Positions 25,911-29,901 of a DNA stretch of 29,901 nucleotides are shown one piece after another. How positions within the stretch are numbered: the first letter of the stretch is position 1; each line of letters starts with the position of its first letter. The DNA comes from a virus (lineage: Duplodnaviria; Caudoviricetes). Location: IMG/VR virus record IMGVR_UViG_3300015370_000037, positions 1-29,901 of that record; one strand, given 5' to 3'. A program made the translations under genes and the position numbers. Under the pieces are notes generated by a model. It saw only the letters and a program-made list of their open reading frames with translations, was not told the origin of the DNA and ran no database searches.

Positions 25911-26432
25911 ATGGTAAGGAAGTTTGATAAAAAGACAAGGGGAGAGATTGTAAGGCTCTATCAAAGCAATAGTGCTTTGAAACTGAGCGGGATTTATAAA
26001 TGTGATAGTTTTGTTATTCGACGAGTTTTAGATGAGGCGGGAATAAAAAAAAGAACTCATGCTGAATCTCAAAAGTTACGATTCAAAGTAAATCCTGAAT
26101 CTCATGGATGGCGAGGCAAAGAACATTCAGTAGAGCAAAAGGCAAAATGGAGCAAAGAAAGATTTGGTAAACAAAGAGGCAAAGATAACCCATGTTATAA
26201 GCATGGAAAACATGAAGGTAGATGGTGTCGTCGTTTTAGAGCTATTCGTTGTCAGAAATGTAATTCAATGAAAAGAATCGCCATACATCATATAGATGGT
26301 AATAATAAAAATAATAATGGGGATAATTTAATGACACTTTGTTGTTCTTGCCATATCAAATTGCATTGGCGGCAAGGTGATTATAATAAAAAGAGAAATA
26401 ACCAATATACAATAAAAAGTGAGGTGAAATAA
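25911..26432 (+). CDS. HNH endonuclease (homing type, NUMOD3-like DNA-binding part)
   Basis: CQKC...HHIDGN..NN...NL.TLC.SCH..H; GKEHSVEQKAKWS and G..NP.YK.G motifs; SD GAGGTG favours ATG 25911. Confidence 0.88.
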   Translation: MVRKFDKKTRGEIVRLYQSNSALKLSGIYKCDSFVIRRVLDEAGIKKRTHAESQKLRFKVNPESHGWRGKEHSVEQKAKWSKERFGKQRGKDNPCYKHGKHEGRWCRRFRAIRCQKCNSMKRIAIHHIDGNNKNNNGDNLMTLCCSCHIKLHWRQGDYNKKRNNQYTIKSEVK

Positions 26433-26710
26433 TGGATTTATCAGGAATTGGTAGCGTGGCTGGCGGATTCTGGGGTGGAGTGATTGCTGGTGGTATCGGC
26501 GCAGGTTTAATTTCGCTGGTGGCGGTTTATCTAATCAAGAATCTTTTGCTTAGTGATACGGTGCTGAAATATTTAAGCTCTCATGTGGACGAGATAATTG
26601 ACTCTGTGCAAAAAAAAGATGAGGCTGTTGGCAGGGCTATCCGGGAAAGGTTAATTGTTTTCGCGGAGAAAGTCATAAAAGAATTAAAGGCTCCTAATGG
26701 AATTAGTTAA
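26432..26710 (+). CDS. Membrane protein of the lysis region (holin-like candidate)
   Basis: Gly-rich N-terminal TM; charged helical C-terminus; SD GAGGTG. Confidence 0.6.
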   Translation: MDLSGIGSVAGGFWGGVIAGGIGAGLISLVAVYLIKNLLLSDTVLKYLSSHVDEIIDSVQKKDEAVGRAIRERLIVFAEKVIKELKAPNGIS

Positions 26711-26864
26711 AGGGATTTGGGAATGGCTATGTTATAAGGTAAGAAAGGCCAAGGCCAAGCCTATGCGCTGGCTGGCGTATCTTATCCAGGCAAAGATCAC
26801 GGCATGGAAGACAAAGGACGAATATCACGATCAGAAAAAATACTACGGCACGAAAGACGACTAA
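26697..26864 (+). CDS. Candidate 55-aa cationic Trp-rich peptide
   Basis: MELVKGIWEWLCYKVRKAKAKPMRWLAYLIQAKITAWKTKDEYHDQKKYYGTKDD*; overlaps the upstream stop; below the ORF-track cutoff. Confidence 0.5.
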   Translation: MELVKGIWEWLCYKVRKAKAKPMRWLAYLIQAKITAWKTKDEYHDQKKYYGTKDD

Positions 26865-26992
26865 GAAGCTAGACAGCTTATTAAAGAAGTGGTGCAAAAA
26901 GACCTGGGGCAGGGAGTGTGAAAAGGGATGCCCTATAATTTCCTGCCTTCAGAATAAAAAGCACGATTTCTATAATAAGAAAGTTGTAAATT

Positions 26993-27094
26993 AAAAAGCT
27001 CCCGGGTATCGATTAGCAAAGAGACAAGACCGCCAATCATTAGCTAAATGCTAAGGGTCCATTGCCTGCTTGCTGTCGGCTCGGGGGTTTTTTT
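26993..27094 (+). ncRNA. Long imperfect hairpin ending in T7: extended late-operon terminator or small RNA
   Basis: AAAAAGCTCCCGGG pairs with CTCGGGGGTTTTTT; TCGAT-T-AGCAA with TTGCTGTCGG; GACC/GGTC; apical TTAGC/GCTAA. Confidence 0.55.
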
Positions 27095-27095
27095 G

Positions 27096-27120
27096 TCCTC
27101 AAAAGTATTTTCCTCAAAAG
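27096..27120. repeat. 10-bp direct repeat TCCTCAAAAG x2, operator candidate
   Basis: Exact copies at 27096-27105 and 27111-27120, just upstream of the -35. Confidence 0.6.
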
Positions 27121-27132
27121 GTCAAATATTAC

Positions 27133-27162
27133 TTGACAAAACGTATCCTATGGTAGTATAAT
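27133..27162 (+). promoter_or_regulatory. Consensus sigma70 promoter for the early operon
   Basis: TTGACA (27133-27138), 18-nt spacer, TATAAT (27157-27162). Confidence 0.85.
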
Positions 27163-27193
27163 GTTAGAATCACAAAGAAAGGAGGGTAAAAAC

Positions 27194-27349
27194 ATGGTCC
27201 AAATGATTGCGTTTGTTTTGCGTTTCACGTCGGAAAAGGAAAGGGAGGAAGGCAAGGCTCTGGCCCACAGGCTCAAAATGTCCTTTAATGAACTGATTCT
27301 TGATCTGTTGAAAAAAGCGATAAAAGAATCAAAGGAGGTGAAGAAATGA
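27194..27349 (+). CDS. Arc-like ribbon-helix-helix regulator
   Basis: SD AAGGAGG, ATG 27194; AFVLRF strand then KALA....MSFNELI..LL helices. Confidence 0.75.
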   Translation: MVQMIAFVLRFTSEKEREEGKALAHRLKMSFNELILDLLKKAIKESKEVKK

Positions 27350-27450
27350 CCAATAAAGAATTTGTTGATAAATGGACAGCCAAGGGGTTTAAGCTGATTT
27401 ACCAGAGCGAAGATATTGTTATTTTAAGCAAAATAAAAAAGGGGGGATAA
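27346..27450 (+). CDS. 34-aa hypothetical protein
   Basis: SD AAGGAGGTG, ATGA overlap; MTNKEFVDKWTAKGFKLIYQSEDIVILSKIKKGG*. Confidence 0.6.
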   Translation: MTNKEFVDKWTAKGFKLIYQSEDIVILSKIKKGG

Positions 27451-27451
27451 C

Positions 27452-27658
27452 ATGGCTGTTTTAGTTTATTGCGTAAATTGCAGGCATTGCAAAAGTGATG
27501 AAGGCTCCGGGGCTTTTTGGAAGTGCCGGGCAAGTGGGAGTAAAATAAACTTTGTTAATGGCACAACAGAAGAATATACCATGTATTGCGAAACCAAGAA
27601 TAAGAGGGGAGATTGCCAGGATTTTGAGGAGGTGAAAGATGAAATGGTCAATATTTGA
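27452..27658 (+). CDS. Cys-rich small (Zn-binding) protein
   Basis: CxxCxxC...C...C...N..G.C..FE pattern. Confidence 0.7.
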   Translation: MAVLVYCVNCRHCKSDEGSGAFWKCRASGSKINFVNGTTEEYTMYCETKNKRGDCQDFEEVKDEMVNI

Positions 27659-28664
27659 AACCTGGAACCAAGCAATCGAACAAGGCAGGCCGGAGCGAGA
27701 ATTGAAGGTCAGGGATAATATCTGGGCCGGGGAGTTGGGCGGTGCATTTATTGACCGTTATCTCAAAATGACTGCGGTAAAGCCTACTAATCCCCCAAAC
27801 GCGCGCTCTCTGCGTAAATTTGAGGCTGGCAACCTGTTTGAGTGGATCGTGGGGCTTATTCTCAAGCGTGCCGGGATATACATTAGTCAAGCTAACTGGC
27901 TTTCCTATCAATATGAGGGATTAGTGCCTGTTACCGGCAAGTTGGATTTCATGGCCGGGGGCAAGATTGACCCTGAAAAAGCGTTACAAAGGATTGAGGC
28001 TTTGGGGCTGCCCGAATTCTTCAACAGAGCCACGCGCGCCATAATCAAGCATTTTATTGAGAAATACCCTGATGGCTTGAGCGAGGTTATCATGGAGGTC
28101 AAAAGCTGTTCCTCGTTCATGTTTGAAAGGTATGAGGCTCAAGGCGCGGATCACAAACATTCCTTGCAACTGTTTCACTATTTGAAGGCTAAAGACCAGC
28201 CGGAAGGTAAACTGCTTTATATCTGCCGGGACGACCTTAGAATGTTAGAGTTTGAGATATATAACCCTTCGTCGCTTGAGGATGCCTACCGCGCCGATAT
28301 TGAGCAAATGACCGCTTATATCAAAAACAAGGAAACGCCGCCTAAAGAGCAAGAGATTTTGTTTGACGAGGATTCTTGTAAATTTTCTAAAAACTGGCGC
28401 GTGGAATATAGCTCGTATTTGACTAAACTTTATGGCTATGAGCGGCCTGATCTTTATGATGAGAAACACAAGAAACAGGTTGGTCAATTCAATCGAGTAT
28501 ATAAGCGTTGTGTGGCTGATAAGAAGATGACCAAACTGAATCTTGAAATTTTAGAGGAGGTGAAAAAATGGTTTCCTAATTTTGATGACTTGGTAAAAAT
28601 GGGAAAAGAAAAGCACGTCGAAACAGTCGAAACAAACGAAGAAGGAGAAGAAGAAAATGAATAA
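27639..28664 (+). CDS. PD-(D/E)xK (RecB/Cas4-like) exonuclease
   Basis: G..FE motif I, GKLD motif II, EVKS motif III, QLFHY (QxxxY); SD GAGGAGGTG. Confidence 0.8.
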   Translation: MKWSIFETWNQAIEQGRPERELKVRDNIWAGELGGAFIDRYLKMTAVKPTNPPNARSLRKFEAGNLFEWIVGLILKRAGIYISQANWLSYQYEGLVPVTGKLDFMAGGKIDPEKALQRIEALGLPEFFNRATRAIIKHFIEKYPDGLSEVIMEVKSCSSFMFERYEAQGADHKHSLQLFHYLKAKDQPEGKLLYICRDDLRMLEFEIYNPSSLEDAYRADIEQMTAYIKNKETPPKEQEILFDEDSCKFSKNWRVEYSSYLTKLYGYERPDLYDEKHKKQVGQFNRVYKRCVADKKMTKLNLEILEEVKKWFPNFDDLVKMGKEKHVETVETNEEGEEENE

Positions 28665-29346
28665 AGATTTAATGAACATAAACGATAAACCAATCCCAGG
28701 CTTAGAAAATTTTGACCCGGCGGAAGATTATGTTATATCGAGAATCAAGGTGTCAGGCAAGCGCGGCCTCTTTGATAACAAGGTTACAAACATGGCGACT
28801 CCCAAGATCGAATGTGTCCTGCTGACCAGAATAAAGACCCGGACGAAATTCAAAGACGGCTTCCCTGAATGTAAGTCTTTGGACAGAGTATCTGGCTCGC
28901 TTTATGGCAAATGCCAGGACTGCCAGTATGCCACGGAAAAGGACGACAAAGACAGGCTGTCATGTCAACCTGCCTATGAATTTCTGCTTATGCTGGAAGG
29001 TTCCAACGTGCCTTATGTGATGAGCGTATCCACGCCCAGCTCGCTTGGCCCGGCCAAGAGGTATATCTCGTCTTTTCTGGTGGCCCGGAAGCCATTGTTT
29101 TCGGTCAAGACCGTGCTTTCTTATGTGGAGAAAAAGAAAGAGGACAAGGAAACCGGCGAGAAATTCTCGTATTACGCCATGACGTTTGAGGCTAAAGACG
29201 AGATCGATAAGAAAGACCAGGAAATATATCACAAGATTTTAGAGACTTTCAAACAGAGCGGGCAGAAGGTCGGGGTTGATCTGCCGGAGGAAAGCGCGGA
29301 AGATGAGATTCCTTTGGATGAGGCTGGAGAAAGTTTACCATTTTGA
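28657..29346 (+). CDS. Putative ssDNA-binding/recombination protein with four Cys
   Basis: C.S.D...C..C.....C ligands; acidic C-tail ending DEAGESLPF like SSB tails; adjacent to the exonuclease. Confidence 0.65.
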   Translation: MNKDLMNINDKPIPGLENFDPAEDYVISRIKVSGKRGLFDNKVTNMATPKIECVLLTRIKTRTKFKDGFPECKSLDRVSGSLYGKCQDCQYATEKDDKDRLSCQPAYEFLLMLEGSNVPYVMSVSTPSSLGPAKRYISSFLVARKPLFSVKTVLSYVEKKKEDKETGEKFSYYAMTFEAKDEIDKKDQEIYHKILETFKQSGQKVGVDLPEESAEDEIPLDEAGESLPF

Positions 29347-29453
29347 TCTAGCCAACGAACGAAAGCGTTGGTGAAGGGGAGCCGAGTTCATAAAAGAGAC
29401 CTTCTGATAATTGAGGGCTTGGCGTGAATAACCAATAAGCGCTGTCTCGGCTT

Positions 29454-29781
29454 CCTGTTTACAATTACTTGACAATTAAAGGGAGGGTGAATAGATGACA
29501 GACTTAATAAGGCGTGAGGACATCCAAAAACGAGAAGAAGTTGCTGGCGGTTACCATGAAATTATATTTGACATGAACGCCAACTTGTTGCTTATTATCC
29601 CCCTTGAGCAAATAGCGGAGAAATTAAGCAAACCACACAGGGCGGATAATGAAGATTTTCAAGCTGGGTATGAAGCTGGGATACAAGAATTAGCCAAGGC
29701 AATAAAAGAATATAAGGGGGCGACGGGAATGAATAAAAAACAAGTCAGCCAGCCCCTGTTTACAATTACTTGACAATTAAA
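29454..29781 (+). repeat. 27-bp exact direct repeat CCTGTTTACAATTACTTGACAATTAAA x2
   Basis: Copies at 29454-29480 and 29755-29781, each followed directly by a GGAGG SD. Confidence 0.9.
29495..29773 (+). CDS. Hypothetical protein between the direct repeats
   Basis: SD GGAGG; its stop TGA lies inside the second repeat. Confidence 0.7.
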   Translation: MTDLIRREDIQKREEVAGGYHEIIFDMNANLLLIIPLEQIAEKLSKPHRADNEDFQAGYEAGIQELAKAIKEYKGATGMNKKQVSQPLFTIT

Positions 29782-29794
29782 AGGAGGTAAAGCC

Positions 29795-29896
29795 ATGAAT
29801 CTTTTGTTTCAAGCCATGATAGAGGTTGTTAAGTTGACTTTGTGTTTGGCGGTAGTTATGGCAGTAATCGGCTTTGTTCGGGGGATGTTTAGTTAA
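29795..29896 (+). CDS. 33-aa membrane peptide
   Basis: SD AAGGAGGT; MNLLFQAMIEVVKLTLCLAVVMAVIGFVRGMFS*. Confidence 0.6.
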   Translation: MNLLFQAMIEVVKLTLCLAVVMAVIGFVRGMFS

Positions 29897-29901
29897 AATG
29901 A

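Noticed and set aside
25469-26432. Group I intron carrying the HNH within the endolysin
   Set aside because: The M23 domain is complete (ends ...WIDP) before the HNH, and no downstream exon is evident.
26993-27094. Long hairpin as SRP (4.5S) RNA, tRNA or hammerhead ribozyme
   Set aside because: Lacks the SRP GNRA tetraloop/domain IV motif, a cloverleaf with TTC loop, and the CUGANGA/GAAA core on either strand.
258-29232. Numerous minus-strand and nested ORFs in the ORF track
   Set aside because: All are antisense or off-frame shadows of well-supported + strand genes and lack recognisable motifs.
29454-29781. 27-bp repeats as a mini-CRISPR array
   Set aside because: Only two copies, separated by 274 bp containing an ORF with an SD; no cas operon. 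The nearby nuclease is a generic phage PD-(D/E)xK enzyme.
29469-29800. TTGACA inside the repeats as -35 promoter elements
   Set aside because: No convincing -10 at 16-18 nt, and any transcript would start downstream of the SD.
1-29901. Alternative genetic code, diversity-generating retroelement, integrase/att site
   Set aside because: Genes are full length in code 11 using all three stops. I saw no reverse transcriptase, no TR/VR pair and no integrase, so lifestyle (prophage vs lytic) cannot be determined from this window.

Overview
The window is a contiguous ~30 kb segment of a tailed dsDNA phage or prophage with podovirus-like (P22/T7-type) morphogenesis genes, all on the + strand. Order: small early/middle ORFs with a phage GroES and a sigma-region-2-only protein (1-2037); an outer-membrane beta-barrel-like gene; TerS, TerL, portal, a HExxH protein, ChaB-like, scaffold, decoration protein and major capsid (2888-10812); accessory/fibre genes, adaptor and nozzle (10829-19509); putative ejection proteins (19511-24710); a lysis region with an M23 endolysin and an HNH gene (25194-26864); a long hairpin and a consensus sigma70 promoter; then an early block (Arc-like RHH, PD-(D/E)xK nuclease, SSB-like protein, repeat-flanked small genes). 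The most striking feature is that eight genes in the virion module, including the nozzle-like protein and fibre-like proteins, begin with classical Sec/SPase I-type signal peptides. Portal, capsid, scaffold, adaptor and ejection proteins do not. This suggests a split cytoplasm/periplasm virion assembly route. All family assignments come from motif recognition by eye; no database searches or folding programs were run.
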